Of a stretch of DNA of 64,000 bases, positions 19,339 to 30,374 are shown piece by piece. The DNA lies in NCBI GenBank assembly GCA_023134135.1, contig JAGLVB010000003.1, positions 16,630-80,629 of the forward strand. The letters run 5' to 3'. The notes below the pieces were generated by a model. That model was given only the letters and a program-made list of their open reading frames with translations, had not been told where the DNA came from and ran no database searches. The position numbers were made by a program, and so were the translations under genes. The first letter of the stretch is position 1; each line of letters begins with the position of its first letter. This DNA is from Candidatus Aenigmatarchaeota archaeon. Its GTDB lineage: Archaea; Aenigmatarchaeota; Aenigmatarchaeia; QMZS01.

Positions 19339-21051
19339 TCACTTCCTCTCATGCCTTGGTTTATTATGACCCACATCCCTTCGATGATTCAGATTATCTA
19401 TATGGTGTATCTTTTCCTTTAAGAATTTGTTTATATCCAAACCGTATTCTTCAATCATCATTGATGCGCGGGTTCCTCCCAAAAGATGCGGCATTAAAAC
19501 ATAAGTTGCGCCCTTATGATATAAATTCATAGCTTCATCAATCTGGTGGGAAACAACAATTATAATTGCATCTTTGTTTGATTCCCTTATTTTGCTTATT
19601 AACATAAGAGTTGTATCAAAATCAGGGATTGTGGATACAAACATTTTTGCTTTTGAAAGTTTAAGGTCATCCAGCAATTCATAATCATTCACATCCCCAT
19701 ACCTGCAATTCATTCCGTCCTTTGATAATTTTCTTATGATTACAGGATCATAATCCACCACAAGATATTTCTTTTTTATCCTCCGGATGGAATCAAGTAT
19801 ATCATATCCAATTCTGTTATAACCAAAAAGAATCACATCATAATCCTCCTCTTTAAATCTGTTCTGCGCATCAATTCTTTTACCTTCTCTCTCAAATATA
19901 CTTAGATATTTTGATAAATGAGTATATATATTGTTTGAATAAAGCATGATATAAGTTGATACAGAAATTGTGATAAAACCTATAACAGTTACAACAGATA
20001 ATATTTCCGGGGCTAAATGTCCTGCCGCAACACCCAGAGCTATCATAATCAATGAAAATTCGCTTATCTGACCTGAAGTAATTCCTGTCATAAAACTGGT
20101 TCTCTTTGTATACCCTAAAAATCCAAGAAGAGAAGTCACTATAAGAGGATTTATAAAAATCACAAATGCTGAAAATACAAAAATAGGCAACAAATAAGGG
20201 ATAACATTTGCTATAACTATTTGGGAGCCGATGGATATAAAAAATAAGATTATGAAGAAATCACGGATAGGTCTCATCTTGGAACTTATTTCATATCTAT
20301 AAGGCGATAAAGCCAAAGTAACTCCTGCGAGCAAAGCGCCGGTTTCTACAGAAAAATTCAGGTAGTGAAACAACATTGATAATGAAAAACACCATCCAAG
20401 CGAGAAAAGCAACAGATATTCCTGAGATTTTGCAACCACCTCAGTAATCTTTGGGAGGGCATAATAGCCTATTAAGAATACTCCGACAATCAGACCGCTG
20501 CCTTTCAAAAGAGTTTCAAAGGCAATTTCCATAACACTGCCTCCTCTTGAAAACGAAGTTATTACCATCAATATTAGTATCACAATTAAATCCTGAATAA
20601 TCAGGTAACCAATAGACAAATAACCATATAAAGTTCCTGTATCATTCTTATCAGATAAAATTTTCATTACAACAATCGTGCTGCTGAATGCCAATGCAAC
20701 AGAAATATACAGAGAAGAGGTTACAGAAAAACCAAAAAAAGTGCAAATCATATAGCCAATTAAAGTGGCTATAGCAAATTGTCCAATACCTGTAACTAAT
20801 GAAGGCTTCCCCAATTCCTTTATTATCTTTGGGTTCAAGCCCAATCCAACCACAAATAGAAGCAAAGCTATTCCCATATGTGAGAGAGAAATTATGGTTT
20901 CATTTGTTGGACCAACATTCAAAAAACTTGCTATAAGCCCAGTCAAAAGGTAGCCTATAATCAAAGGCTGCCTGATTAATCTAATAAACCCGCAAACAAC
21001 CATTGCGAGTATAATCATAAAACTCAACTCAACAAAGACACTTTCTATCAT
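19339..21051 (-). CDS. Cation:proton antiporter (CPA2/Kef type) with C-terminal RCK/TrkA-N domain
   Basis: About 12 TMs, FSST, IQD, QISEFS; C-terminal FGYNRIG, VVDYDP, YGD. Confidence 0.9.
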   Translation of the reverse strand: MIESVFVELSFMIILAMVVCGFIRLIRQPLIIGYLLTGLIASFLNVGPTNETIISLSHMGIALLLFVVGLGLNPKIIKELGKPSLVTGIGQFAIATLIGYMICTFFGFSVTSSLYISVALAFSSTIVVMKILSDKNDTGTLYGYLSIGYLIIQDLIVILILMVITSFSRGGSVMEIAFETLLKGSGLIVGVFLIGYYALPKITEVVAKSQEYLLLFSLGWCFSLSMLFHYLNFSVETGALLAGVTLALSPYRYEISSKMRPIRDFFIILFFISIGSQIVIANVIPYLLPIFVFSAFVIFINPLIVTSLLGFLGYTKRTSFMTGITSGQISEFSLIMIALGVAAGHLAPEILSVVTVIGFITISVSTYIMLYSNNIYTHLSKYLSIFEREGKRIDAQNRFKEEDYDVILFGYNRIGYDILDSIRRIKKKYLVVDYDPVIIRKLSKDGMNCRYGDVNDYELLDDLKLSKAKMFVSTIPDFDTTLMLISKIRESNKDAIIIVVSHQIDEAMNLYHKGATYVLMPHLLGGTRASMMIEEYGLDINKFLKEKIHHIDNLNHRRDVGHNKPRHERK

Positions 21052-21085
21052 ATTCTAAGCATAATATTAGTGATTAATTAAGGAT

Positions 21086-21610
21086 TTAAAAACTCTGATA
21101 ATTTTTAGGTATTTTTCTGTGAATATCTCTGTTTTCACAACCGGGTATTTTCTTTAAGTCAAATAACTCATAAGTTATTATTCCATATAAACCCCTATCC
21201 ATTTTATCTACAATCTCTAAACTTGATTTCTTTAAACCCTTTAAAGATTCTTCTACATTTTGTCCATCATCAACCTGTTCTTCCAAAGTTTCAAAAGCAT
21301 CTTTAAAATCAGGATATAAATCCCTGCATGCGAAATAATGCTCTGTATATTTATTCACAGGAAGTTTTTCAAAATTAAGTTCTTCATAAACAGCATCTAA
21401 ATAACGGAATATATCTTTCATCACAGGGATAGTCTCTTTTAAACTATTAGGATAATCTAATATTAAACCAGACATCACAGTAATACTTGTAACTTTGTTT
21501 CCGTAATTATGATAAAATCCAGATTCATAATCTCTTAATCTATCATCCAGACATCTTGCTTCTTCTATTCTATCCTCAGGCACTTTATCCCAGTCGATTT
21601 CACTCACCAT
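21086..21610 (-). CDS. Hypothetical protein
   Basis: 174-aa acidic helical ORF. Confidence 0.6.
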   Translation of the reverse strand: MVSEIDWDKVPEDRIEEARCLDDRLRDYESGFYHNYGNKVTSITVMSGLILDYPNSLKETIPVMKDIFRYLDAVYEELNFEKLPVNKYTEHYFACRDLYPDFKDAFETLEEQVDDGQNVEESLKGLKKSSLEIVDKMDRGLYGIITYELFDLKKIPGCENRDIHRKIPKNYQSF

Positions 21611-21721
21611 AACGAGAAAGGCAATAAATTGATTTATTGGCTTTGAGAATATTTTTATAAAATATAATCTGTTTTCTTTCTCTCAAAATCTGTACTTCTT
21701 TTTAAAAAGAAAAGGGTTTTT

Positions 21722-22603
21722 ATGGATAAAGAGGTTCTTGAGAAATACAAAAAAGCAGGAGAAATAGCAAAAACTGTAAGAGATGAAGGAAAAATTATGG
21801 TAAAACCCGGGATTAAAATTGTGGATATTGCGGAAAAAATCGAATCAAGAACAATAGAATTAGGAGGAATTCCAGCATGGCCTGTTAATATTTCAATCAA
21901 TGATATTGCAGCCCACTACTCCCCTTCAAAGAATGATGAAACCGAGATTAAGAAAGGAGATGTTGTGAAACTTGATGTTGGCGTCTCAGTTGAGGGATAT
22001 ATTGCAGATACAGCAGTCACAATCGCACTTTCTGAAAAAGATAAAAAACTGGTAGAAGCCTCTGAAAAAGCTCTTGAAGAAGCAATAAAATTGGTAAAAC
22101 CCGGGGTTGATGTAAAAAAGATTTCCGCGAAGATTGAGGAAGTGATTGAAAGTTATGGATTTAAACCAATTACCAACCTGACAGGACACGGGCTTGAACA
22201 ATATATAATCCACTCAGAACCAAGAATTTCCAATTACAAAGATGATTATTCTTATATCCTTGAAGAAGGGGAAGTTATAGCAATAGAACCTTTTGTTACA
22301 AGAGGAAGAAATTACATCAAAGAAGAAGATGAAAGCAGGGCTTTGATTTATTCTTTAATTCAGGAAAAACCGTGCAGGTCAAGGGAAGCGAAGGAAATAA
22401 TAAAGAAAATGAGCGACAGACAGGGACTTCCTTTTTCAGACAGGTGGGTAGATGCAAGCGGGATAAAACTAAGACTTGCATTAAACGAACTCAGCAGAAG
22501 AGAATGCATTAGTTCATACAAAATATTGAGAGGAGACTCAAAAATAACGCAATCTGAGCATACAATTATTGTTCTGGATAAACCTATTGTGATTACTCGA
22601 TAA
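21722..22603 (+). CDS. map: Type II methionine aminopeptidase
   Basis: AWPVNISINDIAAHY, KLDVG...GYIADTA, NLTGHG, AIEPF, QSEHT. Confidence 0.95.
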   Translation: MDKEVLEKYKKAGEIAKTVRDEGKIMVKPGIKIVDIAEKIESRTIELGGIPAWPVNISINDIAAHYSPSKNDETEIKKGDVVKLDVGVSVEGYIADTAVTIALSEKDKKLVEASEKALEEAIKLVKPGVDVKKISAKIEEVIESYGFKPITNLTGHGLEQYIIHSEPRISNYKDDYSYILEEGEVIAIEPFVTRGRNYIKEEDESRALIYSLIQEKPCRSREAKEIIKKMSDRQGLPFSDRWVDASGIKLRLALNELSRRECISSYKILRGDSKITQSEHTIIVLDKPIVITR

Positions 22604-22618
22604 ATTAACGGTTCTGTG

Positions 22619-23167
22619 TTAATTAGATTGTCTCAAAAATTCTTTTTCTTCTTCAGTGGATTTTCTTCCCAATATTTTATTTCTATGGGGAAATCTGCCA
22701 AATTTAGATATAATTTTGTTGTAATCATTTGATGACTGATAAATCCATCCAAATGTTTTCGGGTTTTTTTCATAAAGTTCTTTGAAAACTTGATTAGCTA
22801 TTTTTTGATGCTCTGGATTTTCAGAATGGTGGTACGGAAAAAACACAAACATAATCTCTAATGGTGAAAGTTTTTTGTATTCAGAGTTCTCAAACATTTC
22901 TGTTGTAATTTCACGGGCAAGTTTGTCTGTGTCATATATTTTAGAATCATTATCATCAAAAATCACTCTCGGAGCTTGGTCGTAAATCAAAATTAATGCA
23001 AGATTCCCTTTAATTGTCTCTTTCCCCTGTTGGGGTTTATTTTGAAGTGCTGTATGATAATATATTTTTAGAATATCTTTTGATTTTAAAATTATTTTAA
23101 TTGCTTTACCTCTATTTGTCCAATCTTGAAGAAATATTTTGATTATGTCATTTGGATTGTATTCCAT
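22619..23167 (-). CDS. DUF924-family protein
   Basis: LALILIYDQAPR, PYHHSE, FGRFPHRNKILGRKST.EE. Confidence 0.85.
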   Translation of the reverse strand: MEYNPNDIIKIFLQDWTNRGKAIKIILKSKDILKIYYHTALQNKPQQGKETIKGNLALILIYDQAPRVIFDDNDSKIYDTDKLAREITTEMFENSEYKKLSPLEIMFVFFPYHHSENPEHQKIANQVFKELYEKNPKTFGWIYQSSNDYNKIISKFGRFPHRNKILGRKSTEEEKEFLRQSN

Positions 23168-23188
23168 AGTTATATATAGAAGGAAATA

Positions 23189-23872
23189 ATGATTATGAAA
23201 GAAAACTGTTATATAACTTCACTAAGAACAACTCATAAAGATAGAGAAAAAGAACTTACAGGTCCTTGCGGACCCTGTTCATTCATCAACCTAACAAAAT
23301 CAAAAGGCAGTTTTGAATTTGAAAAGAAACTTTCGGATATGGGAAGATTAAAACCTTTTCTTGTGTGTTATTACATTTCTTTTTTAGTGTGGGGAAAGAA
23401 ATTCAAAAAAGATTTTAAAGTCTTTACCTCATCAAGAAAATTAACTAAGAAAGGGTTTAATCTAATAATTGCGTATGAAAACAAGTATGAAAATAAATAT
23501 GGGGGTATATCAAAAGAGAAACTAAAAAAATTTAAAGAACAGGCAATTAAAACTCACGAGAAAATAGACAAAAGATTTTCCAATAAAATTAAACTTTTAA
23601 GGGAGCCATTACAAAAATTAGATAAACTTCTTGAACAAGGTTATCGGGTTGCGGTTCTTACTTCAAGTTTTTATTTTGATGATGATTTTAACAAAAAGAA
23701 TCCAGCACCACATTGGATTGTCGCATTTAAGAAAGAAAAAAATAAATATTGGTTCTGCGACTCTGCAAATGGGATAATCTCTTTTACAAAAAAACAACTT
23801 GAGAAGGGCTGGAAAATAAACAAAAAGGATGGTTTTTCTGCTCAATTAGTAGCCTATAAAGAGAAAGAATAA
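23189..23872 (+). CDS. Putative papain-fold cysteine peptidase (C39-like)
   Basis: CGPCS, HWIVA and WFCDS give a Cys-His-Asp triad in C39 order. Confidence 0.6.
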   Translation: MIMKENCYITSLRTTHKDREKELTGPCGPCSFINLTKSKGSFEFEKKLSDMGRLKPFLVCYYISFLVWGKKFKKDFKVFTSSRKLTKKGFNLIIAYENKYENKYGGISKEKLKKFKEQAIKTHEKIDKRFSNKIKLLREPLQKLDKLLEQGYRVAVLTSSFYFDDDFNKKNPAPHWIVAFKKEKNKYWFCDSANGIISFTKKQLEKGWKINKKDGFSAQLVAYKEKE

Positions 23873-23914
23873 TCATGTCTTTTGGGAATTAATACTTCAA
23901 TAATATCTTAAGGC

Positions 23915-24427
23915 TTATATTTTTTTACGCGCTCCATTTAATAAGTTTTTTAAAGAATCATAAGCTTTAGTTGCGTAAGAGGTATCAGAAGGATTATCCG
24001 AGCCAACAACTTCTGGAGGTTGATAATTAGGTAAATCCTTAACTCTTGAGGATAACAAAACTTCCCGTGTAGAAGGATCTATTATCCTTATTTCTCTCGA
24101 TCCAGACGCCTTATATAAATCATATCCTTTTTCTAAAGCTTCTTCTGGATTTTGTGCTTTTACAATTTTAGTGGAAGGTATAGACATAAATGCACCTGGT
24201 ATATAAACTACATAAAGATAATATCCTCCTGAACCTGCTTCGTAGGATGCTACATTGTTTCCTAAATCATCCTTTATTTCTACTTGATTCAATCCTGAAG
24301 AATCAGTATATTCTTTCATAATTTGTCTTAATGCACTCTCAGAATCGGTTGCTTCTACAACTCCAGTCTTATTTATCTTGTAGTTGTATTCTTTTAATTC
24401 TCCACCAGTTTCTGCTTCTCCATCCAT
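23915..24427 (-). CDS. Hypothetical protein with internal tandem repeat
   Basis: Probable start MDGEAE at 24427; VVEATDSESAL and IVKAQNPEEAL are two copies of one small motif. Confidence 0.55.
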   Translation of the reverse strand: MDGEAETGGELKEYNYKINKTGVVEATDSESALRQIMKEYTDSSGLNQVEIKDDLGNNVASYEAGSGGYYLYVVYIPGAFMSIPSTKIVKAQNPEEALEKGYDLYKASGSREIRIIDPSTREVLLSSRVKDLPNYQPPEVVGSDNPSDTSYATKAYDSLKNLLNGARKKI

Positions 24428-24552
24428 TTTCACCACTAATAAATAAGTATTTATACTATATATAGTTTTCGGTAGTGAAATATATATTTTAGAGTAAATA
24501 GATTTCACTCAAAATAACTTGTTTTAGGATTTCAAGATAATCTTTTTTGGCT

Positions 24553-24664
24553 CGAGCTTCACTCGTTTTTCTTTGAACCCTCATTTCTGAAAGAAATGGG
24601 ACATTGTTTTCAAAGAAAACAAATGAAACGGTGCATAATTTTGCATAGCAAAATTAATGTTTTC
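24553..24664. repeat. Cluster of four hairpins, including palindromic-family copies
   Basis: CATTTCT-GAA-AGAAATG; ACATTGTTTTC-AAA-GAAAAC; reverse strand AAAACATT AATTTTGC TAT GCAAAATT ATGCACCGT. Confidence 0.7.
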
Positions 24665-24700
24665 TAAAAAGGCTTAACTTTATTAAATTTTGTGTTTATT

Positions 24701-25234
24701 ATGAGACTCGCATTCAGGAGAAGTGAAGCCGGGAGGTTTAAACGACTTAAAGAACGATGGAGAAGACCTGGAGGAATTCACAACAAAATGAGGGAAAGTA
24801 AAAAGGGAATTAAACCCAAAATAGGGTGGAAAAAACCGGAAGTGGAAGAAATCCCTATAATTAATAATTTATCTGAATTAAATGGATTAAAAATTAAAGA
24901 GATTATAATTTCATCAAAAACAGGTATGAAAAAAAGGCTGGAACTTGAGAAATTTTGCGTTGAAAAAAAGATAAAAATTCTAAATATTAAAAAATTGGTC
25001 AAAAAGAAAAAAATCGTGAAAAAGAAAGTTGAAAAAAAGACTGTGAGCGAAAAAATACCTGAAACAAAAAAAACACCAGTTAAAACAGAACCAATTAAAA
25101 AAAATGTTGATAAAAAAGAAGTAACTGAAGTTAAGAAAAAAGAAGAAACAAAACAAGTTGTTAAAGAATCCAAAAAGGACCTCAAGCCTTCAAACACTGC
25201 AACAGACGTTTCCACAGCTGAAGCAAAGAAATAA
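24701..25234 (+). CDS. rpl32e: 50S ribosomal protein L32e with long Lys/Glu-rich C-terminal extension
   Basis: FRRSE..RFKRLKERWRRPGGIHNKMR, PKIGW, GMKKR, IKILN; about 80-aa low-complexity tail. Confidence 0.85.
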   Translation: MRLAFRRSEAGRFKRLKERWRRPGGIHNKMRESKKGIKPKIGWKKPEVEEIPIINNLSELNGLKIKEIIISSKTGMKKRLELEKFCVEKKIKILNIKKLVKKKKIVKKKVEKKTVSEKIPETKKTPVKTEPIKKNVDKKEVTEVKKKEETKQVVKESKKDLKPSNTATDVSTAEAKK

Positions 25235-25266
25235 TTCAATTAGTTTAAATCTAATTCAATATAATT

Positions 25267-25872
25267 ATGGATAAAGAGAAATTGCAACTGATTTCCAATT
25301 TTACGAGCGCGCCAATATTTGGCAGTATTATATTTTTGATATTTATATTTTCTAAAATGGGAACCCTTCCAATCACTCAGATTGCTCTAATTTCAGTGAT
25401 ATCTCTTTTATTCATGACTGTAATTCCTGTTACCTATGTTGTTTTGTTTGTTAAAAAAAGGAAGAAATTTCAGGATATTGATTATGATATTTCTGATAGG
25501 AGTCTTAGAATAAAACCATTTCTTGCAGTTATAACAAGTTATGCAATTGGAATCGTTGCGTTATTCTCTATCAATGCCCCGGTTCTGGTAAAAGGTTTGA
25601 TGTTCTGTTATTTTTTAAATGGTCTGATAATGTTTTTAATCACATTATTCTGGAAAATCAGCATACACACTTCAGGAATCACAGGACCTTTAACTCTTCT
25701 CATTTATGAATTTGGTATTATTTATTCTCCATTGCTTCTTATTGCAATTCCTGTTGGGTGGATGAGAATAAAACTGAAAAAACATCTTCCTTCTCAGGTA
25801 ATTGCCGGCGCTGTCTTGACAATTATATTAACCTGGCTGCAAATTGTTTATATAATTGTGCCTTTCTTTTAA
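25267..25872 (+). CDS. PAP2-like integral membrane protein
   Basis: WKISIH and R..LKKH...QV..G motifs, about 6 TMs. Confidence 0.65.
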   Translation: MDKEKLQLISNFTSAPIFGSIIFLIFIFSKMGTLPITQIALISVISLLFMTVIPVTYVVLFVKKRKKFQDIDYDISDRSLRIKPFLAVITSYAIGIVALFSINAPVLVKGLMFCYFLNGLIMFLITLFWKISIHTSGITGPLTLLIYEFGIIYSPLLLIAIPVGWMRIKLKKHLPSQVIAGAVLTIILTWLQIVYIIVPFF

Positions 25873-26240
25873 TCCGTTGAAAAATAAAAAATCATTCAAA
25901 AAGTGAATTAACCATTTGTTCCTTATTTGTGCACCCGCTCAATAAAATCAGAATTCAAATTAGGGTCTTTGCCGCTATCTTATGCTTTAAACCCTGATTT
26001 TGAAAATTTCATATCTATTTTCCGCAAGTATTTCCGTAACTACTTTTTTTTCAAATTTCCCATTTACAAGCCGTCTATTGCCGTTTTATGAATCAAGTAT
26101 CAAAGTTGAGTTTGGATTTCGTCTGCGCAAATACAGGCGTTAAAATCATTGATAAAGTCACTGCAAACACTAAAAAACGATTATTTGTTTCTGTTTCATA
26201 TAATAGTTTGGATATTGGTATATATAATAAATTTAGAGAA

Positions 26241-27626
26241 CTATCGTCTACGCTTTACCTTAAATATCACTTTATCCCATGCAGTTGGGTCAAGTTTTGA
26301 AGTAGCATATATTTGTATTTCAGCATTATCGGGTAGCGAATCATCTTCCGTATATTTATTAATTATTAAACTGACTGTTTTATTTCCTTTGGGTGGAATA
26401 AGAACAGAATTATAAAATAACGAAATACCTCCATCTTCTGGTGAAAAAAAGTGTTCTTTATATCTTTTAAAGTATTCTTGCTGAAGGTCATTTGTTACCA
26501 AGAAATCAAACTTAACTTCATCTTCCAACTCACCCAGATTATTTATTGTCAAATTAATATAAAACACTCTATTATAATTTTCTTCTTTGACTTGAAGGGT
26601 ATTATTATCTCCAAGAAGAGATTTATCAAGTATTAACTCAATATCATGATTATCAATAGCAACAGGCACAAATATTATTGCGTTGGAACTCTTATTCTCA
26701 AAAGATACAACAACTTCAAAAGAATGGGTGCCCTCTTCTTTCGCTGTAATTGTCCAATTTATCTTTTTTTCAAAGTTGGGAAGTACATCAATGTGTTTTA
26801 TTAAATTATCGGATGTTATCAGTTCTGGTGGCAAACGCAAATCGCAACGAACATTTTTTGCGATTAAATCGCCGTAATTCTTAATGATTGCCTGAGCATT
26901 AAAATCCTCCCCCACCTTTACTGGTTTTTTAGATATTTCATCTTCATAGAGTTCATCCACACTCATAATACCAATTTCAGCAGGAATTGGACACTCCAAT
27001 GAAGTTGGCCAAAGTGTTTCATATATATAAACAAAAATATTGTGGGATTTATCTGTTAGCGAACTATCATTTATTGAATTCAACTTATTCGATAAATATT
27101 CTGATTTTATTTCCAGATAAACAGATGGTTGAATTTTTTTGCAGTCAATTTCCCAAGTTAATTCTTTTGATTCTCCCGGCAAAATTTTATCAATTCTTTT
27201 ATCATCAAAATCACGACTTTGTATAATTAAATTATTTAATTCTACATCCAATGGATTTGTTATTACTACTTTCAAAATTTTATTTTTAATACTTAATTCG
27301 TACCAAGGGTTCTTTTCAAATTTAATTACAGCTAATGGCCTGCGTTTATTTGGGTTTCTATCCACATAAATAATTGATTTTTGTGATGAATATAATTCTA
27401 TATAAGCCTCATCAAAATTGCTAAAATCTGCAAATCCTGGCGTTATATGCAATTCACTTATGCTGTCACGCATAGATTCTATTTTTCCAAGAATGATAAT
27501 TTCTTCAGCTGAAACAAGAATTAATTCGTTCTTTTGAATGTTATCTTTTTGGATATATCCTATAAAAAGGACGATTAATATTAATAAACAAATTAACCTA
27601 ATTTTGATTTTCTTTTCCATAATCAT
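26241..27626 (-). CDS. Secreted/membrane-anchored protein with CARDB/NEW3-like Ig domains
   Basis: N-terminal TM; IKNYGDLIAKNV, INWTITAKEEG, INNLGELEDEV patterns. Confidence 0.6.
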   Translation of the reverse strand: MIMEKKIKIRLICLLILIVLFIGYIQKDNIQKNELILVSAEEIIILGKIESMRDSISELHITPGFADFSNFDEAYIELYSSQKSIIYVDRNPNKRRPLAVIKFEKNPWYELSIKNKILKVVITNPLDVELNNLIIQSRDFDDKRIDKILPGESKELTWEIDCKKIQPSVYLEIKSEYLSNKLNSINDSSLTDKSHNIFVYIYETLWPTSLECPIPAEIGIMSVDELYEDEISKKPVKVGEDFNAQAIIKNYGDLIAKNVRCDLRLPPELITSDNLIKHIDVLPNFEKKINWTITAKEEGTHSFEVVVSFENKSSNAIIFVPVAIDNHDIELILDKSLLGDNNTLQVKEENYNRVFYINLTINNLGELEDEVKFDFLVTNDLQQEYFKRYKEHFFSPEDGGISLFYNSVLIPPKGNKTVSLIINKYTEDDSLPDNAEIQIYATSKLDPTAWDKVIFKVKRRR

Positions 27627-27679
27627 AGTTTAATTGTATTGATTAATAAACTTTGCAAAAGCCTCGCAATTTCCGATAA

Positions 27680-28939
27680 CTATTTTATAATATCCTTCCC
27701 AACAAAAGCCCTCAAAATTTTCGGAACAATTATTGAACCATCTTCCTGCTGATAATTTTCAAGGATGCATGCAATTGTTCTCTCAGTTGCAATCGCTGTT
27801 GAATTTAATGTGTGGACCAATTCTTTGTTTCCACCGTGTTTTCCGAATTTTACATTCAACTTTGCTGCCTGAAAACCAGTGCAGTTTGAACATGAACCAA
27901 GTTCCCTGTATTTTTTCTGAGCCGGGAACCATGCTTCCAAATCATATTTTTTTGCTGCATTGTCATTTAATTCTCCGCTCGCAATATTCACAACCCTGTA
28001 AGGTAATTCCAAAGCCTGATAAATTTCCTCAGTGTTTTTTATTAATTCCTCAAAAAGTTCCCAACTGTTTTTTGGGTTAGAGAAAATGAACTGTTCAATT
28101 TTTTCAAACTGGTGAACCCTAAAAATTCCTTTTGTGTCTTTCCCGTGACTGCCGGCTTCTTTCCTGAAACAAGTTGAATATCCCGCGTACTTTAATGGAA
28201 GACTTTCTTCCTCAAGAACTTCTCCTGAATGGAGTGAAGCAATTGACTGCTCGCTTGTCGCAATTAAATATGAATCCTCGCCTTCAAGTTTATATAAAGT
28301 TTCCTCAAAATCAGCAAGTTCAGCGGCAGCTTTCATGTGTTTTTTGTTTATGAAAAAAGGCGTCTGCATAGGAACAAATCCTTTTTTGATAAGACTTTTA
28401 ATCCCAAAATCAATTAAGGCGAGATTTAACAAAACCAAATCCCCTTTAAGAAAATAAGTTCTTGCACCTGAGATTCTTGCCGCTCTCTCAAGTTCCGCAA
28501 ATCTTTCAACAAGTTCAGCATGCCCTTTTGGAGTAAACTCAAATTCATTCTGTTCCCCAAAAGTTCTTACTGTTATATTGTCTTCTTCTGTTGGGGCAAC
28601 AGGAACGCTTTTGTCAAGAATATTCCCGATTTTATACCTGCTATCCTCCCGTTCTTCTTTTAGGAACTGAACCTCCCGTTCCAGTTTGGAAATTTCATCA
28701 TCTGTTTTGCTCGCCTTAATTATTAGCTCTTCAGCGTCTTTTCTCTCTCTCTTTAGGACGCCTATTTCCTCCGAAATCTTGTTTTTTTCGTGTTTCAGTT
28801 TCTGGATTTCATCTAATTTCTCCCTCCACCTTTTATCAAAGTCAATTACTTTAGCCACAAATGAAACGTCCTTAAACCTGGCTTTTTCACTATTCTTTAT
28901 TATTTCCGGATTTTCCCTGAATAATTTAATGTCTAACAT
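27680..28939 (-). CDS. serS: Serine--tRNA ligase
   Basis: MLDIKLFRENP, coiled-coil arm, LIATSEQ, CFRKEAGSHG, RVHQFEKIEQF, ELGSCSNC, HTLNST. Confidence 0.97.
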   Translation of the reverse strand: MLDIKLFRENPEIIKNSEKARFKDVSFVAKVIDFDKRWREKLDEIQKLKHEKNKISEEIGVLKRERKDAEELIIKASKTDDEISKLEREVQFLKEEREDSRYKIGNILDKSVPVAPTEEDNITVRTFGEQNEFEFTPKGHAELVERFAELERAARISGARTYFLKGDLVLLNLALIDFGIKSLIKKGFVPMQTPFFINKKHMKAAAELADFEETLYKLEGEDSYLIATSEQSIASLHSGEVLEEESLPLKYAGYSTCFRKEAGSHGKDTKGIFRVHQFEKIEQFIFSNPKNSWELFEELIKNTEEIYQALELPYRVVNIASGELNDNAAKKYDLEAWFPAQKKYRELGSCSNCTGFQAAKLNVKFGKHGGNKELVHTLNSTAIATERTIACILENYQQEDGSIIVPKILRAFVGKDIIK

Positions 28940-29001
28940 AATTAAACAATTTTAAAAATAATTTAAACAAAGGACTGCTCAAAAACCTTTAAATAATATA
29001 A

Positions 29002-29691
29002 TTAAGAAGTTTGGGTGGTATTAATTTCAGACAGAACTTGTTCCAATAAAGTAATATTTTCAATTATATATTCTACGTTTAATTCTTCAGCTTCGTTTTT
29101 ATTTAAATGACCTGATAATACAACTATTGGAATCAGACCAGCCGCTTGAGCCATGAGAACATCGCCTTTAGCATCACCAACAAGCACTGCTTCGTGTGGT
29201 TTGATATTTTGAGTCTTCAAAATTTGTTCAACCATATAAGGGTGGGGTTTTTGTTTCTCAACATCATCAATATCATAAGATGATATTACTTGTTTGAAAA
29301 CATCAGGAAAATCAAATTTAAGTATTACTTTATTCTTAAGAACATCTGGATTAAGACCCGTTGCAACGCATAAGATATAATTTTTTGATAACCTTTTTAC
29401 CAATTCTATTGTTCCTGGAATTATGCTTAAGTTATCTATAAAAGTATTTCCAAATAGTTTTGATTCATAAATTTTACATGCTTTATCAAGTAGTTCAGGA
29501 TGTTCTTTAAGAAGTTCTCGCAGTTCCTCACGATGAGATTTACTCCATTTTGCCATAATCCTTTTTCTTTCTTCCTTTGGATCCAAATGCATGTTTAACT
29601 CAACTAAAGTTTCATGATAACACATAAAATATCCCTCTTTTGATCCCAAAGTAAATACATCATCCCAATCGAAGACTATCAGTTTAATCAT
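29002..29691 (-). CDS. HAD-superfamily hydrolase
   Basis: FDWDDV motif I, VATG, KPHP, VGDAKGD. Confidence 0.88.
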   Translation of the reverse strand: MIKLIVFDWDDVFTLGSKEGYFMCYHETLVELNMHLDPKEERKRIMAKWSKSHREELRELLKEHPELLDKACKIYESKLFGNTFIDNLSIIPGTIELVKRLSKNYILCVATGLNPDVLKNKVILKFDFPDVFKQVISSYDIDDVEKQKPHPYMVEQILKTQNIKPHEAVLVGDAKGDVLMAQAAGLIPIVVLSGHLNKNEAEELNVEYIIENITLLEQVLSEINTTQTS

Positions 29692-29756
29692 AAGAATATA
29701 TAAAAGTTAATTCTAAAAATATTGATATTATATCTTACAATATCTCAATTTAATAG

Positions 29757-30374
29757 TCAACTATATTTCCTCTTTAAATATCCATACAAAACATCTCTCT
29801 TAACAAGTGCATCAAACGATTTCTCTTCTGTTAACTCCTTGTATAAATTCATATCCCTTTTATCATATTTTTCTCTTACAAAATAAGGCGTATCTGAATC
29901 AGTATAAATTCTGTAAATATCATAATCTTCAAGATTTGCGGCATTTTCTTCAATGATTTTCCCAAAGTTTCTTTCAATGAATTCTCTCGCAGCGATTTCA
30001 TGCTTGCATTTCCCCGGAACCCTGCAAACATCTCTGCTATAAAGTGTATGTTTACAACCATGAGCTTCTTTTACTGGGTTCAGAATATTTCCGATTTGGT
30101 CCGGATTATAAACTCTTTCCAATTTAAACATTACATCATGACTCATAAACATTCCGCTTTCTGAAGGAACTTTCAGCACAATATCCAGAGTGCTCCCGTT
30201 TTCACAATCACCTCCAACCCAATTAATTTCTATTTCATTACTTTTGAAGAATTGTTCTGCTCTTGCAATGTGCCAGGGATCTCCAAATAGATCCACATCT
30301 TTTCTGCTAATTCCAAAATGGTTCCAGGAATTATATAAATCTCCTCTCCACCTCACAGCTTTATCGTGTTTCAT
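29757..30374 (-). CDS. Hypothetical protein with SWIM-like zinc-finger motif
   Basis: HGCKH...CKHEIAA. Confidence 0.55.
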   Translation of the reverse strand: MKHDKAVRWRGDLYNSWNHFGISRKDVDLFGDPWHIARAEQFFKSNEIEINWVGGDCENGSTLDIVLKVPSESGMFMSHDVMFKLERVYNPDQIGNILNPVKEAHGCKHTLYSRDVCRVPGKCKHEIAAREFIERNFGKIIEENAANLEDYDIYRIYTDSDTPYFVREKYDKRDMNLYKELTEEKSFDALVKRDVLYGYLKRKYS

